Positions 1-9,830 of a DNA stretch of 20,000 bases are shown here, one piece after another; position 1 is the stretch's first letter, and every line of letters begins with the position of its first letter. The DNA is from Chiloscyllium plagiosum (lineage: Eukaryota). The stretch is taken from NCBI RefSeq assembly GCF_004010195.1, contig NC_057711.1:82134177-82154176 (forward strand), written 5' to 3'. Both the position numbers and the translations under genes were made by a program. The notes beneath the pieces are model-generated. The model was not told the origin of the DNA and ran no database searches. It saw nothing but the letters and a program-made list of their open reading frames with translations.

Positions 1-378
1 TTATCCCGAGTCCAAATTAACAGTCTCTTTTCCTGAAACAATGCAACTATATTCTAGATTCCCCAGCCAGAAGAAATAATCTTTACTGTCTCTGTATATT
101 CTAATAAACCCCTTTATCACCTTGTACATTTCTTCACCTAGTATGTTTCAAAATTCCAGCGTATTGGCCAATTTACTCACTCAAAAAAGGACAGCCTGCT
201 CATCATAAGAAACAATGTATTGAATCTTTGCTGCTCTGCCTCAAATGTAAGAATAATCTTTAAATGTAGAGACTGAAATTGCACAAAGTGCTCTTGGTGT
301 GGTCTCACCACAATCCTGTAAAATAACATTAAAAAATCACACAACACCAGGTTGTAGTCCAAAGGGTTTATTTGGAAG

Positions 379-413
379 CACTAACTTTCAGAGCACTGCT
401 CCTTCATCAGGTG
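379..413 (-). ncRNA. Minimal type I hammerhead ribozyme motif (inverted-arm copy)
   Basis: Reverse complement reads CAC-CTGATGA-A-GGAG cagtg CTCT-GAA-AGTT-A-GTG. Confidence 0.6.
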
Positions 414-432
414 GTTGTGGTTGTGGTTGTGA

Positions 433-467
433 CACCTGATGAAGGAGCAGCGTTCAGAAAGCTAGTG
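433..467 (+). ncRNA. Minimal type I hammerhead ribozyme motif (mutated copy)
   Basis: CAC-CTGATGA-A-GGAG cagcg TTCA-GAA-AGCT-A-GTG: 3-bp stem I (CAC/GTG), conserved core, partly mismatched stem II, palindromic AGCT stem III. Confidence 0.65.
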
Positions 468-2029
468 CTTCCAGATAAACCTGTTAGAATATACCCTGGT
501 GTTGTGTGATTTTTTTTAACTTTGTCCACCCCAGTCCAACACTGGCTCCTCTACATCATGGCTGTAAAATAAAATTACTTAACTTTTGTACTCGAATTTC
601 CTTGCAAGAGAAGGCTAAATTACTTCCTAATTTCTTGTATGGTAGCTTTGATTTTCTTGTGGAAGTACATTGAAGTCCTTCTGAAGATCAATATTTATAA
701 CTTTCTCACTTTGAGATTATTCTGTTTCTCTATTCTTAAAAAGAAAGCAAATGACCTCCTACTTCTCCATATTATACTCTACCTTAGTCCACCTTAACTA
801 TATAATTTAGCCAGTAATATAAAGGAAGAATGTAAGAGTTTCTTTAGATATATAAAGGGCAAAAGAGAGGCAGAAGTGGACAGTGGGCCACTGGAAAATG
901 ACACTGGAGAGATAGTAGTGGGGGACAAGAAAATGGCTGAGGAACTGAATAATTACTTCGTGTCAGTCTTCACAGTGGAAGACATGAGTAATATCCCAAA
1001 AATTAAGAGAGTGAGGGGACAGAGCTGAGTATAGTTGCCAGCACCAAGGAGAAGGTGATAGAAAAACTGAATGGCCTGAAGGTGGATAAATCACCTGGAC
1101 CAGATGGACTACACCCCAGAGTTCTAAGGAAAATAGCTGAAGAGATAATTGAGGCATTAGTGGTGACCTTTCAGGAATTGCTAGAATCAGGGAGGGTCCC
1201 AGAGGACTGGAAAATTGCTAATGTGACATCCCTGTTTAAAAAGGGAGTAAGGCAAAAGATGGAAACTTACAGATCAATTGGCCTAACCTTGGTTGGGGGT
1301 AAAGTCCTGAATCCATTGTGAAGGATGAGATTTCTGAATACTTGAAAGTGTATGGTAAAATAGGGCAAAGTCAGCATGGTTTCATCAAGGGGACGTCATG
1401 CCTGACAAATCTGCTAGAATTCTTAGAGGAAGTACATAGCAGGTTAGACCAAGGAGAGCCATGGATGTTATCCACTTGGACATCAAGAAGGCCTTTGACA
1501 AGGTGCAGCACAGGAAACTACTGAGTAAGATAAGGGCCAAAGGTGTCAGAGGCAAGGTGCAAACATGGAAATAAAGCTTGGCTGTCTGGCAGAAAGCAGA
1601 GAGTGGGGATAAAAGGGTCCTACTCAGGATGGCAGCCGGTGACAAGTGGTGTTCCACAAGGCTCAGTGTTGGGACCACAACTTTAAATCATACATTAACG
1701 ATCTAGATGAAGGAACTGAGGGCATTCTGATTATGTTTGCAGACAATACAAAGAGAGGTAGAGGAACAGGTAGCATTGAGGAATCAGGGAGGCTGCAGAA
1801 GGATTTGGACAGGTTAGGAGAGTGGGCAAAGAAGTGGTAGGTGGAGTACAATGTGGGAAAGTGTGAGGTCATGCACTTTGGTCACAAGAATAAATGGGAA
1901 GAAAATTCAGAAGTCTAAAGTGCAAAGAGACTTGGGAGTTTCTAGTGCAGGATTCTCTCAAGGTAAGCTTGCAGGTTGAGTAAGTCGGCAAATGCAATGA
2001 TGACATTTATCTTGTGAGGACTTGAATAT

Positions 2030-2692
2030 TGCCGGAGAAATTTGCCCAATAGGTTAGAGATCACAAAACACAGCTCAAAGTGAAATTGACAAACAGTTTA
2101 TTGCAAGCGATATCACTGGAAGAGAAACAGACCAGCTGATACAGAACTGACAGTCTGTACAGGTAGATCAGATTTCTCTTCCCAGAGCTGAGGGTGAGAC
2201 CAGGTTTATAGTAATGCTGCACAATGACACTGATTAAGAAATGAGAAACTACAATGTATATGGAAATGGAGTAATCTAGTTGCAAGCAAGCTAATTGGAA
2301 AACAAATATCGGATGAATGTCCTGTTCCTTTACACAATGCAACAATTGACAGTATCAATGGTTCCATTCCTCTTCATAGGTAGGGGTGAATGTCTCCTCG
2401 GAAGTGGTGAGGTGCTTCCATTGTCCTGTTCCTGGAGCACGTCCTTGCTGGTGCCTGTCTGTCAAACCTGCTTTTTGTGTGGCTTTGGTATTGCTGGGTT
2501 CTGAAAATGCCCTTGGGGCTTTAAGATATCTGTGGTGCTCTGTCATTGTTCATGGGAGCTTAAAGCGTATTCCCTTGTCTGCGTGCTGTCTGATTCGGCT
2601 TGTGAGCTGCTTGGGAATTCTGGGTGATTTGATACAGTTTGGCCAACTTTGCTTTTGTGGGCCTATCATGGGTTAGCAAATCTTATCCTACA
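2030..2692 (-). mobile_element. Solo LTR (663 bp) of an LTR retrotransposon or endogenous retrovirus
   Basis: TG...CA termini with imperfect terminal inverted repeats (TGCCGGA / TCCTACA). AATAT is duplicated at 2025-2029 and 2693-2697. It cleanly interrupts the CR1 frame. On the minus strand, TATAAA (2205-2210) lies upstream of AATAAA (2097-2102). Confidence 0.85.
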
Positions 2693-2864
2693 AATATAAA
2701 AGCAGGGTTGTAATTCTGAGGTTCTATAAGGCTCTGGTCAGACCACATTTTGGAGTATTGTTCGTAGTTTTGGGCCCCATAATCTCAGGAAGGATGTGAT
2801 GGCCCTGGGACAGTGTTCAGAGGAGGTTCACAAGAATGGTCACGGGAATGAAAAGTTTAACATA

Positions 2865-5403
2865 CCGGAAATACATCCAGGAAGTTATTTGGGTTGAACT
2901 GAGAAATAATAAAGGGATGATCACCTTATTGGGATTGTATTATAGATCCCCTAATAGTCAGAGGGAAATTGAGAAGCAAATTTTTAAGCAGACGTCAGTT
3001 ATCTGTCAGAATGATAGGGTGGTTATGGTAGGGGATTTTAACTTTCCAAACATCGACTGGGACTGCCATAGTGTTAAGGGTTTAGATGGAGAGGAATTTG
3101 TTTAGTGTACAAGAAAATTTTCTGATTCGGGGTGTAGATGTACCTACTTGAGAAGGTGTAAAACTTGACCTACTCTTAGGAAATAAGGCAGGGCAGGTGA
3201 TTGAGATGTAAGTGGGGGAGCGCTTTGGGGCCAGCGACCATAATTCTATTAGTTTTAAAATAGTGATGGAAAAGGATAGACCAGATCGAAAAGTTGAAGT
3301 TCTAAATTGAAGGAAGGCTGATTTTGATGTTATTAGGCAAGAAGTTTCAAAAGCTGATTGGGGGCAGATGTTCGCAGGTAAAGGGATGGCTTCAGAAAAT
3401 GGGAAGTCTTCAGAAATGAGATAACAAGAATCCAGAGAAAGTATATTCCTGTCATGGTGAAAAGAAAGGCTGGTAGGTGTAGGGATGCTGGATGACTAAA
3501 GAAATTGAGGGTTTGGTTAAGAAAACAAAGGAAGCATATGTCAGGTGTAGACAGGATAGATCGAGTGAATCCTTAGAAGAGTATAAAGCAAGTAAGAGTA
3601 TACTTAAGAGGGAAATCAAGAGGGCAAAAAGGGAACATGAGATAGCTTTGGCAAATAGAATTAAGGAGAATCCAAAANNNNNNNNNNNNNNNNNNNNNNN
3701 NNNNNNNNNNNNNNNNNNNNNNNNNNNNNNNNNNNNNNNNNNNNNNNNNNNNNNNNNNNNNNNNNNNNNNNNNNNNNNNNNNNNNNNNNNNNNNNNNNNN
3801 NNNNNNNNNNNNNNNNNNNNNNNNNNNNNNNNNNNNNNNNNNNNNNNNNNNNNNNNNNNNNNNNNNNNNNNNNNNNNNNNNNNNNNNNNNNNNNNNNNNN
3901 NNNNNNNNNNNNNNNNNNNNNNNNNNNNNNNNNNNNNNNNNNNNNNNNNNNNNNNNNNNNNNNNNNNNNNNNNNNNTGGTGCCACTATTTAAGAAAGGTG
4001 GTAAGGACAAGCCAGGGTACTATAGACCGGTGAGCTTGATGTCGGTGGTGGGCAAATTGTTGGAGGGAATCCTGAGGGACAGGACGTACATGTATTTGGA
4101 AAGGCAAGGACTGATTAGGGATAGTCAACATGGCTTTATGCGTGGGAAATCATGTCTCACAAACTTGATTGGGTTTTTTGAAGAAGTATCAAAGAGGATT
4201 GATGAGGGCAGAGTGGTTGATGTGATCTATATGGACTTCAGTAAGGTGTTCAACAAGGTTCCCCATGGGAGACTAGTTAGCAAAGTTAGACCTCATGGAG
4301 AACCAGCCATTTGGATGCAGAACTGGCTCAAAGGTAGAAGACAGAGGATGATGGTGGAGGTTGCTTTTCAGACTGGAGGCCTGTGACCAGTGGAGTGCCA
4401 CAAGGATCGGTGCTGGGTCCACGACTTTTCATCTTTTATATAAATGATTAGGATGTGAGCATAAGAGATATAGTTAGTAAGTTTGCAGATGATACCAAAA
4501 TTGGAGGTGTAGTGGACAGCAAAGAAGGTTACTTCAGATTACAATGGGGTCTTGATCAGATTGGCCAATGGGCTGAGGAGTGGCAGATGGAGTTTAATTT
4601 AGATAAGTATGAGGTGCTGCATTTTGGGAAAGCAAATCTTAGCAGGACATGCACTTAATGGTTAGGTTCTAGGGAGTGTTGCTGAACAAAGAGACCTTGG
4701 AGGGTGCAGGTTTATAGCTCATTGAAAGTAGAGTTGCAGGTAGATAGGATAGTGAAGAAGGCGTTTGGTATGCTTTCCTTTATTGGTCAGATTATTGAGT
4801 ACAGGAGTTGGGAGGTCATGTGGCGGCTGTACAGGACATTGGCTCTGCCAATTTTGAAATATTGCATGCAATTCTGGTCTCCTTCCTATCGGAAGGATGT
4901 TGTGAAACTTGAAAGAGTTCAGAAAAGATTTGCAAGGATGTTGCTAGGGTTGGAGGATTTGAGCTATAGTGAGAGGCTGAATAGGCTGGGGCTGGTTTGC
5001 CTGGAGCATTGGAGGCTGAGGGGTGACATTATAGAGGTTTATAAAATCATGAGGGGCATTGCTAGGGTAAATAGGCAAAGTCTTTTCCCTGGGGTGAGGA
5101 AGTCCAGAACTAGAGGGCATAGCTTTGTGGGGTGGGATATAAAAAAGACCTAAGGGGCAACTTTTTCATGCAGAGGGTAGTACATGTATGGAATGAGCTG
5201 CCAGAGGAAATGGTGGAGGCTAGTACAATTGCAACATTTAAAAGGCATCTGGATGGGTATATAAAAAGGAAGGGCTTGGAGGGATATGGGCCGGATGCTG
5301 GCAGGTCAGATTAGATTGGGTTGGGATATCTGGTTGGCATGGATGAGTTGGACCGAAAGGTTTGTTTCCATGCTATATATCTCTATGACTCTATTACTCT
5401 ATT
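2865..5403 (+). mobile_element. Younger CR1-clade LINE (HER1-like), truncated within the APE endonuclease, with RT and an intact 3' tail; nested in the 805-5828 element
   Basis: Endonuclease motifs IWVEL..LGLYYRSPNS and VMVGDFNFPNIDW. RT motifs YRPVSLMSVVGKLLE, QHGFMRGKSCLTNL, YMDFSKVF, KFADDTK. 3' tail CTCTATGACTCTATTACTCTATT. Frameshifts and stops make it non-functional. Confidence 0.92.
3678..3976. other. Assembly gap (299 N)
   Basis: Run of N inside the CR1 ORF2. The flanks are collinear with CR1 (RIKENPK before, PLFKKG after). Confidence 0.99.
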
Positions 5404-5829
5404 AAAGGAACGTTTGAGGACTCTGGTTTTATACTGTATGGTGTTTAGAAGGATAATGGGGGTATCTAATTGAAACATACACAATACTGAATGGATTGGA
5501 CAGAATGGATGCTGGGAAGGTGCTTCCATTGGTAGGAGAGACTTGGACTCTTGGAGTAAAGGGAAGACCTTTTAGAACGGAGATGAGCAGAAACCTCTCC
5601 AGCCTGAGAGTGGTGAATGTATGGAAGTCATCGTCACAGAAGGCTGTGGAGGCCAGGTCATTGAGTATATTTAAGACTGAGACAGATAGGTTCTTGAGTA
5701 TCAAGGGGATCAAGGGTTATGGGCAGAAAACAGGAGAATGGGGTTGAGAAACTTATCAGCCATGATTGAATGTTGAAGCAGACTCAATGGCCTAATTTCT
5801 GCTCCTGTGCCTTATGCTCTTATGGTCTA

Positions 5830-6470
5830 ATCACTTAACCTATCTATATCTCCATGCAGCCTCTTTGTGCCCTTTGCATACTTGACATGTATTATCAATA
5901 AATTTAGATACATTGCCAGCTGTCTATTCATCAAAGTCTATTTATCAAAGAGTATAAAACCAGAGTCCTCAAACGTTCTTTAAATAGAGTAATAGAGTCA
6001 TAGAGATATATAGCACGGAAACAAACCCTTCGGTCCAACTCATCCATGCCAACCAGATATCCCAACCCAATATAGATTCTAAATATTGGCAACCCAAGAA
6101 CTGATCCCTGCAACAGTCTACTAGTCAAAACCTGCCAACTGAAAAAAAATCTATTTAACTTTACTGTTTGCTTTGGGTCCACTAACCAATATTATATCCA
6201 TTCTCTTTCTTCCCTCCTGACTCTATAAGCGCTTATCTTAAGTATTAACCTCCTCACACCGTACAGTCCCACCTAGCTTTGTATCATCAATTTAGCTATG
6301 TGATAGGTTTCTTCAAGTTCAGATATCTTGTTTGAAAAATTAACGTCAAATTCAATTGTATGATAATCATTTTTCCTACAAGATCTATTAGTACGAGATT
6401 ACTAATGGGTCTACCTCTTTGCATAATTCTAATTCTGAAATAGCTTTATCCCTAGTTGGTTCCACAATGC
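5830..6470 (-). mobile_element. Old CR1 fragments: RT core (5830-6260, continuing the 1-790 element) and endonuclease C-terminal part (about 6290-6470)
   Basis: Minus strand gives RLHGDIDRLS near 5830-5865, WQVLTSRLLQGSVLGLPIFRIY at 6072-6140, and VEPTRDKAISEL...GKNDYHTIEF (resembles EPTREQAILDL...GKSDHNMIEF) at 6350-6470. Confidence 0.75.
5946..6071 (-). repeat. Local inverted duplication of 5315-5440
   Basis: The reverse complement matches 5315-5440 with about 6 mismatches in 126 bp, and includes the junction between two different CR1 copies. Confidence 0.9.
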
Positions 6471-6485
6471 ACCAGAAAAATGATA

Positions 6486-7062
6486 GGAACAAATTACTTC
6501 AGATGCTGGAATCTGTACTGAAAACAACAAATGATGGCGATCACAGTGGGTCAGACAACTGAGGACAGACAGCAAGCTAACATTTTGAGTCTGGATGTCT
6601 CCTCACCAGAGCTGAAGTAAAGTGTGGAGGGAACAGCCTTTATGTTATAGTTTATTGGGGGGTGTGTGGGGTGTTCTGGAGTAGTGGGTGTAGGTTGCTG
6701 GTGAAGAAAAGATATTAATAGTTCAGACTAAGTTATTGGAATGTGAGAATGGTAGAACAATGGTGCGTCACCTGAGGACTTGAATGGACAGTAAGTAGGA
6801 TTGGGGGAGGAGAGGACATGATAACACTTCTTCCCCTTTTAGCTTGTTATCATGACCCGCCACCATCCCACTTACTGTCCTTTCAAGTCTAGCAGGTGAC
6901 ACACTATTGTTCTACCACTCTCACATTCTGATTACTTAGTCTGAACCATCAACATTTTTTCTTCATCTGCCCTCTACATCCACTACCCCTAGCACCTCCT
7001 AAGTTATAGAATAAATGCTGTCCCCTCCACACTTTACTTCACCTCAGAAGAAGAGTTATCTA
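6486..7062. mobile_element. Second Penelope-like inverted-repeat remnant (different family) with a degenerate hammerhead motif
   Basis: Arms at about 6591-6803 and 6865-7062 are inverted repeats (6614-6643 vs 7011-7040 match 28/30; also 6721-6774 vs 6893-6946). Minus strand 6575-6613 reads AGCT-CTGGTGA-G-GAGAC atcca GACTC-AAAA-TGTT-AGCT, a decayed CTGATGA/GAAA hammerhead. Confidence 0.65.
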
Positions 7063-7125
7063 CATAAGAAAAAGTATTGAAAACATTAAACAAACTCATC
7101 TTTGACACTGGTATGATCTATGAGA

Positions 7126-7452
7126 AGATTAGATTAGATTCCCTCCAGTGTGGAAACAGGCCCTTCGACCCAACAGGTAAACACTGACCCTCCACAGAGC
7201 AACCCACCCAGACCCATTCCTCTACATTCACCCCTGACTAATGCACCCAACCTTACGGGCAATTTAGCATGGCCAATTCACCTGACCTGCACATCTTTGG
7301 ACTGTGGGAGGAAACCGGAGCACCGAGAGGAAACCCACACAGACACAGGGAGAATGTGCAAACTCCACACAGACAGTTGCCTGAGTCGGCAATTGAACCC
7401 GGGTCCCTGGTGTTGTGAGGCAGCAGTGCTAACCACTGAGCCACGGTGCCAC
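7126..7452 (-). mobile_element. tRNA-derived V-SINE, elasmobranch HE1-like, full length
   Basis: Pol III A box TGGCTCAGTGG (7433-7443) and B box GGTTCAATTGC (7389-7399). V-domain-like TGTGTGGAGTTTGCACATTCTCCCTGTGTCTGTGTGGGTTTCC. CR1-like 3' end with an (AATCT)3 tail. Confidence 0.9.
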
Positions 7453-8770
7453 CCTCCCCCAGAGCCACTGTGCTGCCCCTGTTTTGTGGTAAAAGAGTGA
7501 TGGGGGTTAGGGGGTGTTGTTTAGATATCAAGGCTCACTGACTTGTAGAGTCTATATATGATTTTTCTCAGTCGAGAGCACTCTTCTATATCTGGGACGG
7601 ATGGCAAGCAGTCTTTATGCTTTGAAATAGTGGGCAAGAATGGAGTGCTGTGTGGGTGTGATGGTCACCTGTGAACTTCTCCTGCACATGTTAATCTGAG
7701 TTACGTGTCGGTGTATTTCCAAATGGGGAATAAGTGGCAAAGTTCACAAACATCTGAAACGTTGAGAGTTTGTTAAATGTGTTTTGATCAAACACTGAAG
7801 ATGCGAAGATTTTAAGTTGTTGCAATTTGTTGGAAGGCTGAAGATGTGGTGCTGCAACTATTGTCTGCATGACTGTATGTTTTTATATCTGCTAATCTAA
7901 GTGTTTTACGTGTGATGCAGAATAAAGCAAAATCTGGCATTGGACCACTTTTTAGATGACAGACTTTGTTTACGCAGAAGGTGCAGCGTTCACTTCAAAA
8001 TAAAGTATTTGATGTGAAGTTGTGAAGGATTGATGTGAGTAGTGGACTGGCATGAAAGTCGACCAGAATGAAGAGATGGAACAACACGCAGGATAAGATT
8101 GAAGATCTTCGAGGGGAAGGGATTTGGGTAGGAAGAGATCACTAACAATGCAGAATGAGCTAGCCAGTACAGAAGTTGAGAGCAGAGGGGCTGATGAGGC
8201 AGTCGTGGAATTGAAGAAAGTTTTTCAGGGCTGGAGTCTTCTGGAACAAGTCAGATAAGAGCAGAGGAAGATGGATTGAACCTGGTTTGTATATTGATCA
8301 TCCAGTAATAAAATTGAGATCGTAATGTTTGGTTTGATCTGGTTCTGGTAATTCTGTCTGCAAGAGATTATTTGGGTGGGCAACATTGTCTCGTTTTATC
8401 TTTCAGGCATTTCATTCAAAAAGCAAATCCAGCTTCCTGCAGCAAGATGACATGGCTGTCTTAGCAAATGCTGATATGCAGTTCCAAACTGGAAAGTTGT
8501 TGCTTTGCTCTTCGTACTTTCTCTGTCTTGCCAATAGGTTGAGGTTCAATATTAGTTGCAAATCTGTATTTGAAAGATGTGGCTCCAATTAACGTTCACC
8601 TCACAACAGCTAAGTGCCTGTTTGGACTTCATTAATTGTCATGAGCCTTCAGTTGCTTGTTGACTGGGTGATGACTGGTTAGAATTCCTTGGAAGGTTCC
8701 TTGGGTTAAGTGGTTTTACTAGTCTGTTTGGGAGCTTTATAGCGAAAATTGCAATTGGGCTGCTCATTTA

Positions 8771-9199
8771 GGCTTTATGCCTATTAGCTCTGGTAATTTA
8801 AAATTGGCGAGTAACTGTTTATTTGGGGATATTGTGATCCAAGATTAAATCTTCTGGGCTTTATGCCTGCAATATAGGGACCATTTCCATTCAAGAATGA
8901 AATTTTAATCTTACGATTTTGATGGGCTTTATGCCTGAAATGTGGGGTTGGTGCTGATGATGGGCTTTATGCCTAGGAGAACTTGGGGCTCAGCTGGGGA
9001 TGGGCTTTATGCCTGATAAGCTGGGGACAGCCAAAGGGTCACTGATAGGCTTTATGCCTGTGAGCTGGTGGGCATCCAGTGGACTAATGACAGGCTTTAT
9101 GCCTACAGAGCTGGCCATGGGCAGATATGGGTGTTATGCATGGAGGGCTGGGTGCTGATGGTGGGCTTTCAGCCCAGAGAGATGTCAGGCTTTATGCCT
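8771..9199. repeat. Array of GGCTTTATGCCT cores (8 perfect, 2-3 degenerate) with variable spacers
   Basis: Perfect 12-mers start at 8771, 8857, 8925, 8963, 9003, 9048, 9093 and 9188. Variants occur near 8733, 9130 and 9164. Each core is a RGGC-TTTAT-GCCT hairpin. Confidence 0.9.
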
Positions 9200-9271
9200 G
9201 GTTTGTGGCTCAGCTAGACAAATTGGTGGTTTAAGGGTGTGGCAATGGTTTCTAGATTTTTATTTTGCATT

Positions 9272-9830
9272 ATAGAGTCATAGAGTCATAGTGATGTACA
9301 GCATGGAAACAGATCCTTCGGTCAAACCCGTCCATGCCGACCAGATATCCCAACCCAATCTAGTCCCACCAGTCAGCACCTGGCCCATATCCCTCCAAAC
9401 CCTTCCTATTCATATACCCATCCAAATGCCTCTTAAAGGTTGCAATTGTACCAGCCTCCACCACATCCTCTGCCAGGTCATTCCATACACGTACCACCCT
9501 CTATATGAAAAAGTTGCCCCTGAGGTCTCTTTTATATCTTTCCCCTCTCACCCTAAACCTGTGCCCTCTAGTTCTGGACTCCCCGACCCCAGGGAAAAGA
9601 CTTTGTCTATTTATCCTATCCATGCCTCTAGCATACCAAACGCCGCCTTCACTATCCTATCTACCTGCGACTCCACTTTCAAGGAGCTATGAACCTGCAC
9701 TCCAAGGTCTCTTTGTTCAGCAACACTTCCTAGGACCTTACCATTAAGTGTATAAGTCCTGCTAAGATTTGCTTTCCTAAAATGTAGCACCTCGCATTTA
9801 TCTGAATTTAACTGAATTAAACTCCATTGC
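9272..9830 (-). mobile_element. CR1 3' fragment of the same subfamily as 2865-5403, with an internal deletion near 9628
   Basis: (CTCTATGA)n tail and 3' UTR match 5290-5403. The sequence jumps from the equivalent of about 5055 to about 4772 of that copy. Confidence 0.9.

Larger units (their letters stand above)
327..561. mobile_element. Short Penelope-like element (inverted terminal-repeat remnant) with an 11-bp target-site duplication
   Basis: Inverted repeat of about 85 bp (329-413 vs 433-519) around a (GTTGTG)n spacer. CTGTAAAATAA flanks it at 316-326 and 562-572. Each arm has a CTGATGA...GAAA hammerhead core, which is typical of Penelope-like termini. Confidence 0.8.
1..790 (-). mobile_element. 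Old, degraded CR1-clade LINE, ORF2 C-terminal part (interrupted by the 327-561 insertion)
   Basis: Minus-strand translation gives IVVRPHQEHFVQFQSLHLK (resembles CR1 LVRPHLEYCVQFWSP) and, near 750-780, EYNMEK*EVI (resembles MEYNVGKCEV). Many stops and frameshifts. Confidence 0.8.
805..5828 (+). mobile_element. 5'-truncated CR1-clade LINE (ORF2 RT plus 3' UTR), split into 805-2029, 2693-2864 and 5404-5828 by two nested insertions
   Basis: ORF fragments KSPGPDGLHPRVL, VPEDWKIANV, QHGFIKGTSCLTNLLEF, YINDLDEG, MFADNTK. The reading frame rejoins across both insertions (GLEY|KSR at 2029/2698, and SLT-|-ERLRTL at 2864/5404). Ends in a CTTATG-type tail near 5811-5828. Confidence 0.9.

Noticed and set aside
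2061..2676. Several 63-96 aa ORFs
   Set aside because: They lie inside the solo LTR, overlap on both strands and show no protein motifs.
3452..4010. Long ORFs of 145-177 aa in the ORF track
   Set aside because: Artefacts of translating through the 299-N gap.
2865..5403. Active, intact LINE
   Set aside because: It is 5'-truncated, lacks ORF1, and ORF2 is broken by stops and frameshifts.
7150..7531. 116-aa and 92-aa ORFs
   Set aside because: Chance ORFs spanning the SINE.
9163..9175. Histone 3' stem-loop (GGGCTTTCAGCCC)
   Set aside because: Shorter than the canonical 6-bp stem with 4-nt loop, no histone ORF upstream, and better explained as a variant of the array core.
8771..9199. CRISPR array
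   Set aside because: The repeat is only 12 bp, spacing is irregular, spacers are partly similar to each other, there are no cas genes, and the context is vertebrate.
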